55,629 bases of DNA, from assembly GCA_002068915.1 (NCBI GenBank), contig MWBE01000009.1:1-55629 (forward strand). The letters run 5' to 3'. This DNA comes from Parcubacteria group bacterium ADurb.Bin326 (GTDB taxonomy: Bacteria; Patescibacteriota; Patescibacteriia; 2-01-FULL-39-33). This document shows positions 26,589-36,151 of this stretch, piece after piece. Made by a program: the position numbers and the translations under genes. Numbering within the stretch: the stretch's first letter is position 1; every line of letters starts with the position of its first letter. The notes under the pieces were generated by a model that made no database searches, had not been told where the DNA came from, and was given only the letters and a program-made list of their open reading frames with translations.

Positions 26589-27134
26589 TTACTTTTTTTG
26601 AAAAGGGAAACCTAATAAACGAAACATAGCCAAGCCTCTTTCTCTGGTTCCTGCATTGGTGGTAACCGTGATTTGCAGGCCATGAATGCGATCGATTTCA
26701 TCGGGCTTGATTTCAGGAAAAACTGTATGCTCCTTAAATCCGATGGTCATGTTTCCTTGCTTATCAACGCATTTATCCGATACTCCACGAAAATCACGAA
26801 TTCTAGACAAAGATATGTTAACCAGCTTATCCAAAAAGTCATACATCCTTTCGCCACGAATAGTGACAGCAACTCCAACCACCATATTCTCTTTTACTTT
26901 AAAAGCTGAGATGGCTTTTTTAGCCTTGGTACGAACCGGCTTCTGTCCGGTAATTCGCTCCAAAGTACTCTCAACGTTTTCCAGTAGATTGCTATCGGTG
27001 TTGCGAGAATTGATGCCGACATTCAAGACTACTTTCTGAATCTTAGGAATCGCCATGATATTCTTGATTCCCAATTCTTCTTTCAGCTTGGGTACGACTT
27101 CTTCTTTGTATTTTTTATAAAATCTGGACTTCAT
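26589..27134 (-). CDS. rplE: 50S ribosomal protein L5
   Basis: MKSRFYKKYKEEVVPKL... from ATG 27134. The ORF-track start at 27161 would overlap rplX. Confidence 0.93.
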   Translation of the reverse strand: MKSRFYKKYKEEVVPKLKEELGIKNIMAIPKIQKVVLNVGINSRNTDSNLLENVESTLERITGQKPVRTKAKKAISAFKVKENMVVGVAVTIRGERMYDFLDKLVNISLSRIRDFRGVSDKCVDKQGNMTIGFKEHTVFPEIKPDEIDRIHGLQITVTTNAGTRERGLAMFRLLGFPFQKK

Positions 27135-27142
27135 ATTTTTAT

Positions 27143-27448
27143 CTAGACAATTTCTTTGCATTTAGAACAGACGCGAAACTTCTTGTCTTCCTCGATCTTG
27201 TATCCAACTCTTACGGCCTTGCCGCACTTCGGGCAAACTAAAGCCACCTTAGAAACGGCAACTGCTGTAGGAAATTGAATTCTCTGACCTTTTTCACCTT
27301 GTCTTCTAGCGCGTTGATGTTTGATAGCTAAGTTTAGGCCTTCGACAACGACCTTGGATTCTTTGGCAAAAACCTGCAAAACCTTTCCTGATTTGCCTTT
27401 ATCTTTGCCAGCAAGCATTATTACTTTGTCTCCGCTCTTGATCTTCAT
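27143..27448 (-). CDS. rplX: 50S ribosomal protein L24 (four-Cys variant)
   Basis: MKIKSGDKVIMLAGKDKGKSGKV KOW motif. CPKCG...CSKC in the C-terminal half. Confidence 0.93.
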   Translation of the reverse strand: MKIKSGDKVIMLAGKDKGKSGKVLQVFAKESKVVVEGLNLAIKHQRARRQGEKGQRIQFPTAVAVSKVALVCPKCGKAVRVGYKIEEDKKFRVCSKCKEIV

Positions 27449-27470
27449 ATTATTTGAAACTTGTTGATTA

Positions 27471-27839
27471 TTATAATACTTCCGGAGCCAAAGAGATGAT
27501 TTTCTGGTAACCCAGATTTCTCAATTCTCTTGCAACTGGCCCAAAAATACGAGTGCCTCTCATTTCTTTCTTGGCATCAATTAAAACTACAGCATTATCA
27601 TCGAAACGGATATAAGACCCGTCAGCGCGCCTGATTTCTTTTCTAGTTCTGACAACTACGCCATGAACGACATCGCCTTTTTTAACATTAGAATGAGGCA
27701 CGGCTTCTTTTACTGACATGGAAACAATATCTCCGATTCTGGCATAGCGCTTGCGGTAACCTCCCCAAACCCTAAACACCGCCAATCTTTTGGCTCCGGT
27801 ATTGTCTGCTGATTTTACTATTGATCGTAACTGAATCAT
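27471..27839 (-). CDS. rplN: 50S ribosomal protein L14
   Basis: [17 protein letters not shown]. Confidence 0.96.
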   Translation of the reverse strand: MIQLRSIVKSADNTGAKRLAVFRVWGGYRKRYARIGDIVSMSVKEAVPHSNVKKGDVVHGVVVRTRKEIRRADGSYIRFDDNAVVLIDAKKEMRGTRIFGPVARELRNLGYQKIISLAPEVL

Positions 27840-27869
27840 ATTTTTGATTTATAAAATCGGAAAGTCGGA

Positions 27870-28118
27870 TTATTTATAGATAACTCTCCATCTCTTATCC
27901 TTGCTTAAAGGACGACACTCAACAAATTCGACGACATCGCCAATTTTAAACTGGCCTTTTTCGTCATGAACTTTGTATTTGCGGCTGATGCGATATCTTT
28001 TTTGATACTTCGGATGCATCCTAAAGCGATCAACCCTAACTACGATGGTTTTAGACATTTTGTCTGAAACCACTTCGCCCTTAAACTTTTTTAAGATTTT
28101 TTCCTTTACTTCTGTCAT
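27870..28118 (-). CDS. rpsQ: 30S ribosomal protein S17
   Basis: GEVVSDKMSKTIVVRVDR...HPKYQKR. Confidence 0.95.
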   Translation of the reverse strand: MTEVKEKILKKFKGEVVSDKMSKTIVVRVDRFRMHPKYQKRYRISRKYKVHDEKGQFKIGDVVEFVECRPLSKDKRWRVIYK

Positions 28119-28159
28119 ATTTTTTAGCTTATGCCTCTATTGAGGTGGCAGCCTAATTA

Positions 28160-28345
28160 TTATTTTTTCTCTTTTAGAGCTGTCATTACTCTGGCAATAT
28201 CTTTTTTGGCAGCGCGCATCTCCCTGACATTCTTGAGTTGGCCTTGATTAGATTTGAACTTCAAATCATCTAGTCCTTTGCGAACGTCTTTGAGCAATTG
28301 CTTCAATTCTTCCGCTTCTTTTAGTTTTAATTCTTTTATCTGCAT
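28160..28345 (-). CDS. rpmC: 50S ribosomal protein L29
   Basis: 61 aa. ELK..L..L...LF.LKF pattern and operon position. Confidence 0.9.
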   Translation of the reverse strand: MQIKELKLKEAEELKQLLKDVRKGLDDLKFKSNQGQLKNVREMRAAKKDIARVMTALKEKK

Positions 28346-28349
28346 ATCT

Positions 28350-28763
28350 TTATTGCTTTATTGCTACCTTAGTTTTGATAGGAAGCTTATAGCCCGCCAA
28401 AGAAAGAGCTTCTCTAGCCTGAGCCTCAGTAAGGCCATCGATTTCAAAAATTATTTTTCCAGCTCTAATGGCGGCAATATAAGATTCCGGGGCTCCCTTA
28501 CCTCCACCCATAGTGGTTTGACTGCCCTTGGTAGTAATCGGGCTATGCGGAAAAACTCGAATCCAAACCTTGCCGGTTTTTTTAACGAATTTAGCGATAA
28601 CACGTCTAGCCGACTCTAACTGTTGGGCAGTAACCCATCCGGAAGTAGTGGCCTTGAGTCCGAAGTTGCCAAAAGCTACATAATCTCCACTGGTGGCGTC
28701 GCCTTTGCGTCTGACATCAGGACGATGTTGCTTTCTTCTTTTTAATTTCTTAGGCATCAACAT
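28350..28763 (-). CDS. rplP: 50S ribosomal protein L16
   Basis: MLMPKKLKRRKQHR...FGNFGLKA. Confidence 0.96.
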   Translation of the reverse strand: MLMPKKLKRRKQHRPDVRRKGDATSGDYVAFGNFGLKATTSGWVTAQQLESARRVIAKFVKKTGKVWIRVFPHSPITTKGSQTTMGGGKGAPESYIAAIRAGKIIFEIDGLTEAQAREALSLAGYKLPIKTKVAIKQ

Positions 28764-28788
28764 ATATTTGCAAAATCAAATATCAAAT

Positions 28789-29460
28789 TTATTGTTTATT
28801 TTCCTTTTCAAAAACTTCACCCTTATAAAGCCAAACCTTAATACCAATGGCTCCATAAATAGTGTTGGCAGCGCCTCTAGCATAATCAATGTCGGCACGT
28901 AAAGTGTGCAATGGCACTTTTCCTGACAAGAATAATTCTCTTCTGGCAATTTCTGCTCCATCCAAGCGTCCGGAGATAATAATCTTTACGCCCTTGGCTC
29001 CAGCCTTTTCAGCTCTACCAATCGCCTGCTTAACGCAACGGCGAAAAGGAATTCTTTTTTCGACATCAGCGGCAATTGACTGCAAAATTACTGAGGCGTC
29101 CAAATTTGGATTGGATAATTCTATAATATTAACATTGATACTCTTGATCCCCTTTTTGCGGCTGAAAGAATCTTTTAGGAACTTATTATGCACTTCCTTC
29201 TTCAAATCTTCGGCTCCCGAACCGCCACGCCCGATAATCAATCCCGGTCGAGACGCATGAATATTAATATTAATTCCGCCTGCAGATCTTTCAATGTCAA
29301 CCTTAGAAATTCCCATGTGCTTGAATTTCTTGACAATAAATCTTCTAATTGACACATCTTGTTTCAGATATTCAGGAAAATCCTGCCCGGCATACCATTT
29401 GGAATCCCAGGTTTTATTAACCTTTAATCTGAACGCTTTGGCGTTTACTTTCTGACCCAT
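28789..29460 (-). CDS. rpsC: 30S ribosomal protein S3
   Basis: MGQKVNAKAFRL...KH domain...GRLDGAEIAR. Confidence 0.96.
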   Translation of the reverse strand: MGQKVNAKAFRLKVNKTWDSKWYAGQDFPEYLKQDVSIRRFIVKKFKHMGISKVDIERSAGGININIHASRPGLIIGRGGSGAEDLKKEVHNKFLKDSFSRKKGIKSINVNIIELSNPNLDASVILQSIAADVEKRIPFRRCVKQAIGRAEKAGAKGVKIIISGRLDGAEIARRELFLSGKVPLHTLRADIDYARGAANTIYGAIGIKVWLYKGEVFEKENKQ

Positions 29461-29471
29461 ATATATGTTCT

Positions 29472-29999
29472 TTACTTGCTTCCTGTTTTTCTATTTAAAA
29501 CCTTGCTGGCAAAGCCCTTGCCTGAAGCCGCTACCGGTTTTTTGTCTTCCTTTTTGGCAGAGCTTTTACCGGAGGCGTCTTGTAACTCATCGAACTCAGC
29601 TGAACCAACCTTGATCAAATCACTCTTATCGTCGGTTTTGACCTTTTTGGCAAGTTTGCCGCTCTCAACTATTTCGGACAAAGTTAAGATTACATGAGAA
29701 GTCCTCTTTCTGATGGGAGTGGCTCTTCCGTGAGCGCGCGGCATCCAACGCTTTAAAGTTGCTCCGCCATCAACAGTTACTGATTTTACCAATAAGTTAT
29801 TTTTATCAGCGCCAAAATTCTCTACGGCATTAGCAATAGCTGAATCAAGTAACTTAAGCAGTGTCTTAGAGGCTATCTTCTTATTGAACTCTAACTGAAT
29901 TTTTGCTTTATCCACGGCTAAACCTCTGATCAAACCTGCTACTAGGCGGATCTTTCTGGGACTCATCCTGATATTTTTTCCTTTGGCTCTGATTTCCAT
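29472..29999 (-). CDS. rplV: 50S ribosomal protein L22 with C-terminal extension
   Basis: RMSPRKIRLVAGLIRG...PRAHGRATPIRKRTSHV, then a roughly 60-aa charged tail. Confidence 0.94.
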   Translation of the reverse strand: MEIRAKGKNIRMSPRKIRLVAGLIRGLAVDKAKIQLEFNKKIASKTLLKLLDSAIANAVENFGADKNNLLVKSVTVDGGATLKRWMPRAHGRATPIRKRTSHVILTLSEIVESGKLAKKVKTDDKSDLIKVGSAEFDELQDASGKSSAKKEDKKPVAASGKGFASKVLNRKTGSK

Positions 30000-30024
30000 A
30001 TTTATAAGATAAATTTAACTGGAC

Positions 30025-30315
30025 TTATTTTTTCTTAGACTGCTCAATAGCTTTTTGAATCTTACCTCCGTGCTTAACAAATTTTCTGGTAGGAGAAAAC
30101 TCACCTAGCTTATGGCCGACCATATTTTCAACCACAAAAACTTGTATATGCTCTTTTCCATTATGAACTCCGAAATTCAAACCAACCATTTCTGGAGTAA
30201 TTGTAGAATTTCTGGACCAAGTTTTTATAATTGTTTTATCACCCTTTTTGACTTTGGAAATTTTTTCTAAAAGTCTTGGATCGACGTAAGGGCCTTTTTT
30301 TAAGCTTCTTGCCAT
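30025..30315 (-). CDS. rpsS: 30S ribosomal protein S19
   Basis: [12 protein letters not shown]...GHKLGEF.PTR. Confidence 0.96.
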   Translation of the reverse strand: MARSLKKGPYVDPRLLEKISKVKKGDKTIIKTWSRNSTITPEMVGLNFGVHNGKEHIQVFVVENMVGHKLGEFSPTRKFVKHGGKIQKAIEQSKKK

Positions 30316-30334
30316 ATAATAATTATTTCGAGCT

Positions 30335-31183
30335 TTATTTCTTCTTCTTTCTTGAAGGTCGGCGTTGCAATATCAAGTGGCTACTACTGGCTTTCTTCCT
30401 TCTAGTTCTGACGCCTAAGGCTGGTTTGCCCCAAGGAGTTTTAGGATGCTTCATACCAATAGGATTGACACCTTCACCTCCACCATGAGGATGATCAACT
30501 GGATTCATGACTTTACCTCTGACGGTCGGACGGATACCGCGATGGCGCATTCTTCCGGCCTTACCCCAACGAATATTCTTAAATTCCGGGTTGCTGGTCT
30601 GGCCGATGGTAGCGCAACATTTATCAGAAATCAATCTAATTTCTCCTGAAGGCATCTTAACTTGGGCATAGCCCTTATCAAAACCCATCAAAATAACTCC
30701 GGTACCGGCGCTGCGAGCCAACTGCCCGCCACGTCCTGGAGCAAGTTCGATGTTGTAAATATTCATGCCGGCAGGAATATGTTCTAAAGGCATGCAATTT
30801 CCTGTTTTGTAATCAACTTTAGACTGAGAGCTAACTACTCTGTCTCCCACTTTCTGCCCTTCAGCGGCTACGATATATCTTTTTTCACCGTCAGCATAAC
30901 TGAGCAAAGCGATTCTGGAGTTGCGATTCGGATCATACTCAATAGAAGCGACTACCGCCGGAATATCAAATTTATTTCTTTTAAAATCAATGATTCTGAT
31001 TTTTTTTCTGGCTCCGCCACCTTGGTGTCTTACGGAAATCTTGCCTTGGTTATTTCTTCCAGCCATTCTTTTGGCGGAAACAACCAACTTCTTTACCGGT
31101 TTGGCAACACTAATATCGCCGGAAAGCAACACTGAAGTTTGCCTTCTGGATGGAGTGGTTGGTTTGTAAATCTTAATCGGCAT
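30335..31183 (-). CDS. rplB: 50S ribosomal protein L2
   Basis: [14 protein letters not shown]...HPHGGGEG. Confidence 0.97.
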   Translation of the reverse strand: MPIKIYKPTTPSRRQTSVLLSGDISVAKPVKKLVVSAKRMAGRNNQGKISVRHQGGGARKKIRIIDFKRNKFDIPAVVASIEYDPNRNSRIALLSYADGEKRYIVAAEGQKVGDRVVSSQSKVDYKTGNCMPLEHIPAGMNIYNIELAPGRGGQLARSAGTGVILMGFDKGYAQVKMPSGEIRLISDKCCATIGQTSNPEFKNIRWGKAGRMRHRGIRPTVRGKVMNPVDHPHGGGEGVNPIGMKHPKTPWGKPALGVRTRRKKASSSHLILQRRPSRKKKK

Positions 31184-31204
31184 ATGTATTAATTCTTATC
31201 CTGT

Positions 31205-31618
31205 TTATTTGACTCCTTCGTAAACATTTATAGACTTGCCTTTAGGCAAAGAAATGATCGCCTTTTTCCAATCCTTAGTCTTGCCCCAGTTGCGTCCGTA
31301 TCTCTTGAATTTTCCATAGTAATTAGAGATATTTACTTTTTCCGGCATAATACCATAACGAGTAGCAAAAGCTTTGGCTATTTCAATCTTATTAGTAGAG
31401 GCCTCAACTATAAAAGCATACTTGTTCAATTGTTCCATTGCAGAGGCTCTTTCGGTAACCAAAGGGGCAACTAAAACGCCAGAAACGGCAAAAGCCTTTG
31501 ATTCTGATGTTTTGGTGGTTTTTTTAGCCGGCTTTTCTGAGGCAACAACCTTTTTTTCTTCTTTAGTTGCTACTTCTTCGGTCTTTGCTTCTTCTTTTTT
31601 CTTATTAAAAATTCCCAT
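31205..31618 (-). CDS. rplW: 50S ribosomal protein L23 with N-terminal Lys/Glu-rich extension
   Basis: ...KYAFIVEASTNKIEIAKAF...V core preceded by about 45 charged residues. Confidence 0.9.
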   Translation of the reverse strand: MGIFNKKKEEAKTEEVATKEEKKVVASEKPAKKTTKTSESKAFAVSGVLVAPLVTERASAMEQLNKYAFIVEASTNKIEIAKAFATRYGIMPEKVNISNYYGKFKRYGRNWGKTKDWKKAIISLPKGKSINVYEGVK

Positions 31619-31623
31619 ATACC

Positions 31624-32298
31624 TTATCCTTTAGTTTCTTTCTTTTCATTAACCTTCTTGAAATGCTTTTCAATGGCTACGGTTGCCTTCTCCGAAACAA
31701 GTACGGTGTCATATTTCAACAAATCAACGCAGTTAAGGCTGTTGTAACCGATGGTTGTGACATTCTTTAAATTCTTAGAAGCATTAAACAACGAGGCGTT
31801 TTTGGCATCTGTTACCAACAAGAACTTCTTACCGTTCTTCAATGACTCAATTTTTGATTTCATGGACTTAACCCAAGAATTCAAATCTTTGGTCTTGCCG
31901 CTTTCAATAGAAATAACATCAAAAACAACCAATGCTTTGCTGGCAACCTTGTCGGAAAGACACATTGCCAAAGCCAATTGCTTCTGCTTCTTGTTTACTT
32001 TAAGAGAGAAATTGCGCTCACTTCTAGGACCAAAAGTAATGCCACCACCAACCCAAATAGGTGATCTGGTAGAACCGTGGCGAGCCCTTCCTGTTCCTTT
32101 TTGTCTCCATGGCTTTTTTCCGCCACCGCGAACTTCAGCTCTAGTTTTGGTATGAGCCAAAACTTGGCGGGAATTAGCTTCTTGAGCAATTACTACCTGG
32201 TGGATAACCTCGGGCTTAACTGTGGCGCCGAATAAGCGCTTGGACAGCTCGAGATCCTTAACTTGTTCTCCTTTAGCGTTGTATACTGGGAACTTCAT
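31624..32298 (-). CDS. rplD: 50S ribosomal protein L4
   Basis: [30 protein letters not shown]. Confidence 0.96.
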   Translation of the reverse strand: MKFPVYNAKGEQVKDLELSKRLFGATVKPEVIHQVVIAQEANSRQVLAHTKTRAEVRGGGKKPWRQKGTGRARHGSTRSPIWVGGGITFGPRSERNFSLKVNKKQKQLALAMCLSDKVASKALVVFDVISIESGKTKDLNSWVKSMKSKIESLKNGKKFLLVTDAKNASLFNASKNLKNVTTIGYNSLNCVDLLKYDTVLVSEKATVAIEKHFKKVNEKKETKG

Positions 32299-32302
32299 AT
32301 GG

Positions 32303-33016
32303 TTATTCGGATTTTACTTCTTCAACAGAAGCTTCGACATTGGATGCTTCGGCGGATTCAGTTGCTTCAGTTGTCGCAACTTCTTCCTGTTTTTCATCAA
32401 CGGTTTCCGTGCAAATATAAACTAAGCCGTTTCTGGCTCCTGGCACCGCTCCCTTGATATATAAAATATTGTTGACCTCATCAATAGAGATAACTTTCAA
32501 GCCACTGATAGTAACCTGTTCATTACCCATTTGGCCGGCCATCTTTTTTCCCTTGAAAACTCTCTGGACTCCGCCAGCTCCAATAGAACCAGGCATTCTC
32601 AACTGATCTTTATGACCGTGAGTCTTAGGTGAACCATGAAATCCATGGCGCTTGACGACACCCTGAAATCCCTTGCCTTTAGATGTTCCGGAAACCTTAA
32701 CTTCATCTCCCTCGGCAAAAACAGCAACAGTAATAGTGTCGCCACGCTTGAGAGATTCTGTGTCTTCTTTTTTTACTTTAAATTCCTTAACTGCCTTAAC
32801 CGGAATCAAACCTTTCAAATGACCAGATAACGCTTTGCCGGTTTTTTTAGCTACTCCAAAACCAACTTGAACAGCATCATAACCGTCTTTTGACGATACA
32901 GACTTGACCTGAGTAATAACATTAGGCATAGCCAAAACAGCAGTAACTGGGATTACAGTGCCGTCTTCTCTATAAATCTGAGTCATTTCAATTTTCTTGC
33001 CTACGATGAACTTCAT
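32303..33016 (-). CDS. rplC: 50S ribosomal protein L3
   Basis: MKFIVGKKIEMTQIY...GKGFQGVVKRHGF.G. Confidence 0.96.
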   Translation of the reverse strand: MKFIVGKKIEMTQIYREDGTVIPVTAVLAMPNVITQVKSVSSKDGYDAVQVGFGVAKKTGKALSGHLKGLIPVKAVKEFKVKKEDTESLKRGDTITVAVFAEGDEVKVSGTSKGKGFQGVVKRHGFHGSPKTHGHKDQLRMPGSIGAGGVQRVFKGKKMAGQMGNEQVTISGLKVISIDEVNNILYIKGAVPGARNGLVYICTETVDEKQEEVATTEATESAEASNVEASVEEVKSE

Positions 33017-33070
33017 ATTAGACTTTTTTCTTTTTAATTTATTTTCGTCGGTGGCCGAGCAATAGACTCT

Positions 33071-33104
33071 AAAAACAAAAAATCCGGTTCAAACATAGAA
33101 CCAG
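33071..33104 (-). terminator. terminator-like hairpin inside the rpsJ-rplC spacer
   Basis: Minus strand: CUGGUUC-UAUGUUU-GAACCGG followed by AUUUUUUGUUUUU. Confidence 0.5.
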
Positions 33105-33287
33105 ACAGCGTATTGAGCCAAAACAACCCTTTATTGTGAGTTGTTACGACTTGATTAAGCTTTTATTGTCTAAATTCTTTTTAGTTTGAACTTTTTTGTC
33201 CCTAGGTCTCGTTCCGACGATGGAGGTTTTCCCCATAATGCTTCTTAATATCGCACGGGATCTTTCTCCATTTTCTTTACGGCCTTG

Positions 33288-33623
33288 TTACATTTTAATT
33301 TCAATGTTGACGCCTGCTGGCAGGTTTAAACCCATCAAAGCATCGACCACTTGCGCATTGGGATCAATAATATCAATGAGTCTCTTATGAGTTCTCATCT
33401 CAAACTGGTCCCTAGCATTCTTATGTACGAAGGTGGATTTGTTGACAGTATACTTCCTCTTTTCAGTTGGAAGCGGTACTGGACCAACAACTCTAACACC
33501 AAAACGATTGCAACTCTCGATAATTTTCTTAGCGGAGTTGTCAATGATCTTGTGGTCGTAAGCTTTCAGTTTGATTCTGATTCTCTGGTGGGCTTTACCC
33601 TCAGCTACCGTTTTGCTCGTCAT
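33288..33623 (-). CDS. rpsJ: 30S ribosomal protein S10
   Basis: [16 protein letters not shown]...[13 protein letters not shown]. Confidence 0.96.
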   Translation of the reverse strand: MTSKTVAEGKAHQRIRIKLKAYDHKIIDNSAKKIIESCNRFGVRVVGPVPLPTEKRKYTVNKSTFVHKNARDQFEMRTHKRLIDIIDPNAQVVDALMGLNLPAGVNIEIKM

Positions 33624-33718
33624 GTTACTTTTTAATTAATCAGCGAAATTGGACTTTAATTTATTTCGCACTGACGGAGGCGAGTTGCCTCACCTCCGCT
33701 ATGTGAAATCAATTTATC

Positions 33719-34903
33719 TTATTTGATAATCTTGGTTACAACACCGGCACCTACAGTATGGCCACCTTCGCGAATAGCGAATTTCATTTTATCTTCCATG
33801 GCAACCATCTTACCCAACTTGATCTTCAAGTTAATGGTGTCTCCAGGCATAACCATTTCAACACCTTCTGGTAATTCAACTTCTCCAGTAACATCAGTAG
33901 TTCTGATGTAAAACTGTGGCTTATAACCCTTAAAGAAAGGCTTATGGCGTCCGCCTTCATCCTTGGACAAGACGTAAACCTCGGCTTCAAATTCGGCATG
34001 AGGAGTGATTGAACCTGGCTTGGCCAAAACCTGACCGCGCTCAACTTCTTCCTTTTTAATACCGCGAAGCAATAAACCAGCATTGTCTCCGGCGCGTCCT
34101 TCATCCAAATTCTTATTAAACATTTCGATTCCGGTAACCACGGTCTTTTTGGTTTCTGACAAACCAACGATCTCAACTTCTTCATTCAATTTAATGGTAC
34201 CGCGCTCGATTCTTCCGGTTACTACAGTACCGCGACCTTCGATTGAAAATACATCTTCGATAGGCATCAAAAGTGGCTGATCAGTGGCGCGCTGTGGCTC
34301 AGGGATATAAGAATCTAAAGCATTGATAAGTTCAACGATACAATCACCTTCTGGGCCGGATGAATTTTCCAAAGCCTTCAAAGCTGATCCCTTGATAATA
34401 GGAGTGGTGTCTCCAGGGAATTCATATTTGCTCAATAATTCTCTGATTTCGGCTTCAACTAAGTCAATCATTTCTGGATCGGCCTGATCAACCTTGTTAA
34501 TAAAAACAACAATGTAAGGCACACCTACTTGTCTGGCCAAAAGAATGTGTTCTCTGGTCTGAGGCATAGGTCCGTCAGTTGCAGCTACAACCAAGATAGC
34601 GCCGTCCATTTGAGCGGCACCAGTAATCATGTTCTTGATGTAGTCGGTATGTCCGGGACAGTCAACGTGAGCATAGTGTCTCTTTTCAGATTCGTACTCA
34701 ACGTGAGTAGTAGCGATAGTAATACCGCGAGCCTTTTCTTCAGGAGCTGCGTCAATTTGGTCGACGCTCTTATTTTGGGCGGTGTAACCTCTGTTACCCA
34801 AAACAGTCAACATAGCGGCAGTCAAAGTAGTCTTGCCATGATCGACGTGACCGATGGTACCGACATTGACGTGCGGCTTATTGCGTTGGAATTGTTCTGC
34901 CAT
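33719..34903 (-). CDS. tuf: elongation factor Tu
   Basis: [19 protein letters not shown]...DCPGH.DY...NK.D. Confidence 0.98.
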   Translation of the reverse strand: MAEQFQRNKPHVNVGTIGHVDHGKTTLTAAMLTVLGNRGYTAQNKSVDQIDAAPEEKARGITIATTHVEYESEKRHYAHVDCPGHTDYIKNMITGAAQMDGAILVVAATDGPMPQTREHILLARQVGVPYIVVFINKVDQADPEMIDLVEAEIRELLSKYEFPGDTTPIIKGSALKALENSSGPEGDCIVELINALDSYIPEPQRATDQPLLMPIEDVFSIEGRGTVVTGRIERGTIKLNEEVEIVGLSETKKTVVTGIEMFNKNLDEGRAGDNAGLLLRGIKKEEVERGQVLAKPGSITPHAEFEAEVYVLSKDEGGRHKPFFKGYKPQFYIRTTDVTGEVELPEGVEMVMPGDTINLKIKLGKMVAMEDKMKFAIREGGHTVGAGVVTKIIK

Positions 34904-34995
34904 GGTGGTAGATTCCTCTTTCTAAGACCCCCGACTTAACGGGTTTTAGCCAGGTCTTGAACGTGGTTAATTATTATTTATTTAATGGTTAGCAC

Positions 34996-35023
34996 ATTAT
35001 AACAAAATCCCTATTTTTTTCAA
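34996..35023 (-). promoter_or_regulatory. tuf promoter TTGAAA-16-TATAAT
   Basis: Reverse strand: TTGAAA (35018-35023), TATAAT (34996-35001). A perfect DnaA box, TTATCCACA, lies at 35044-35052 just upstream. Confidence 0.55.
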
Positions 35024-35070
35024 GTATTTATCTGTTCCACGACTTATCCACAAGCAAAATAAAAGGATTT

Positions 35071-35436
35071 TTAGTTTTCTACTGGTTCAAAATAGTATCT
35101 TTCTTCATCGACGGAACCTGCAGAGCGAAAATCATTTTCCCCAAATTTAGACAAATAATCTTCATCGGAGACTTCACCGATATCTTTGGCAAAATCGTAC
35201 TGGTCAATCGGCATTTCCCTGGCTTGCTGGGTATCTTTCCAAACTGCGATATCACGGTTTATTTTATCTAAAAGTTCATCTTCTGTCAATCCCTGAACCC
35301 CTGATCTGCCCAAAATTAGATCTTCATAATCACCCGCTGACATCAAAATAAAACCCGGATCACCATTTTCATCTAAAATTATTACTTTATCACCGGTTTT
35401 TTTAATCAAGCCGATAATTTTTTGTAGATTTGCCAT
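35071..35436 (-). CDS. hypothetical acidic protein (121 aa); N-terminus weakly Phd/YefM-like
   Basis: Intact ORF. KTGDKVIILDENGDPGFILMSAGDYEDLI resembles antitoxin-type beta-alpha N-termini, weakly. Confidence 0.45.
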   Translation of the reverse strand: MANLQKIIGLIKKTGDKVIILDENGDPGFILMSAGDYEDLILGRSGVQGLTEDELLDKINRDIAVWKDTQQAREMPIDQYDFAKDIGEVSDEDYLSKFGENDFRSAGSVDEERYYFEPVEN

Positions 35437-35613
35437 ATTTTAGCCTATTTTAGATATTTTATTATTTTTTTCTTAGAAAATAAAGAAAAAATGTCCTTAT
35501 TTTAGGGCTTCATTAAATAATGATAACGTTTAAAAAATAATTTGTAAAGGCAGGCTTTTATTGGCTATTTCTTGCCATTTATCGATAATTTGACCTATTT
35601 TAGGTTTTTCCAC

Positions 35614-35642
35614 TTGACATTGATTAATGGTGGGCGTAATAT
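35614..35642 (+). promoter_or_regulatory. near-consensus sigma-70 promoter TTGACA-17-TAATAT
   Basis: TTGACA 35614-35619, 17-nt spacer, TAATAT 35637-35642. Points away from all neighbouring genes into the GC-rich block. Confidence 0.65.
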
Positions 35643-35648
35643 CAATAA

Positions 35649-36082
35649 GGTTATCGGACCAATTCCAATCCGATATTAAATAGCTCCTTTGGTTCAGTCA
35701 ATGGTCGCCCTTCGGCCGGAAGCTGGACTTGTGTGTTCAAAACTGCAAAGGGGTGCTTCACCCCACAACAGGGAGGGTCAGGAAATGACGAGTAGTCCAC
35801 CGGACTGATTAACGAGCTTTTGGACGCTTCGGTCGTCGTCAAGGCGGCAAAAACGACGCTACAAATCTGCGAATCTGCCGCATCTGCGTGCGCGACAACC
35901 AGGTCTACCCCACGGCCCAAGGCCACTAAGGGAAAAGACGAAACATCACGTTTAGTCCGCGCACACCGCACCTTTTCAGTTTTTTTCAACCTCAACCCCA
36001 AGTCCGAAGCCAATGGGCAGTCGGGCGCAATCTATGCGGGCGTCAACCTCAACCAAGGATGGCGACCCGCTCTTTTCTTTTT
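35649..36082 (+). ncRNA. candidate structured non-coding RNA, family unknown (about 430 nt)
   Basis: 55-62% G+C by hand count versus AT-rich flanks. No credible CDS on either strand. Many stable hairpins. Own promoter and a stem (36036-36070) plus UCUUUUCUUUUU terminator. Strand assignment rests on the promoter and terminator. Confidence 0.55.
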
Positions 36083-36108
36083 AGATTATTTTTTATAATA
36101 ACAAAAAT

Positions 36109-36146
36109 AAAAGACTCGCGTTAAATCGCGAGTCTTTTATTTTATT
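36109..36146. terminator. bidirectional intrinsic terminator (fusA end / ncRNA backstop)
   Basis: AAAAGACTCGCG-TTAAAT-CGCGAGTCTTTT perfect 12-bp stem with T-runs on both strands. Confidence 0.8.
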
Positions 36147-36151
36147 AGAAA

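Noticed and set aside
26383-27448. Four-Cys forms of S14 and L24 as a novelty
   Set aside because: Zinc-ribbon (C+) variants of small ribosomal proteins are well known. They are noted in the feature calls only.
24721-34939. Many 60-136-aa ORFs antisense to or out of frame with ribosomal protein, tuf and other conserved genes (e.g. 24721..25029, 28254..28619, 31751..32155, 34529..34939)
   Set aside because: They lie entirely inside strongly supported genes and have low-complexity or hydrophobic shadow translations without start contexts.
35649-36082. Identification of the GC-rich RNA as RNase P RNA, tmRNA or SRP RNA
   Set aside because: Neither strand has the GGAAAGUCC (CR-I) element paired with an ACAGAA..GGCUUA element in the correct order. 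There is no tRNA-like T-arm or acceptor, and no plausible Ala-ending tag frame. There is no GGAA/AGCA SRP helix-8 motif. Partial resemblances exist: CCAAGUCCGAAGCCAAUGGGCAG at 35998-36020, CAAGGCCACUAAGGG at about 35908-35922, and ACACAAGUCCAGCUUCCGG on the minus strand. These are in the wrong order or position. The identity is left unresolved pending a covariance-model search.
35651-36098. ORFs 35651..36013 (minus) and 35820..36098 (plus) as protein genes
   Set aside because: They are mutually overlapping on opposite strands, with a TTG or absent start context, no SD and implausible composition. The region is better explained as a structured RNA.
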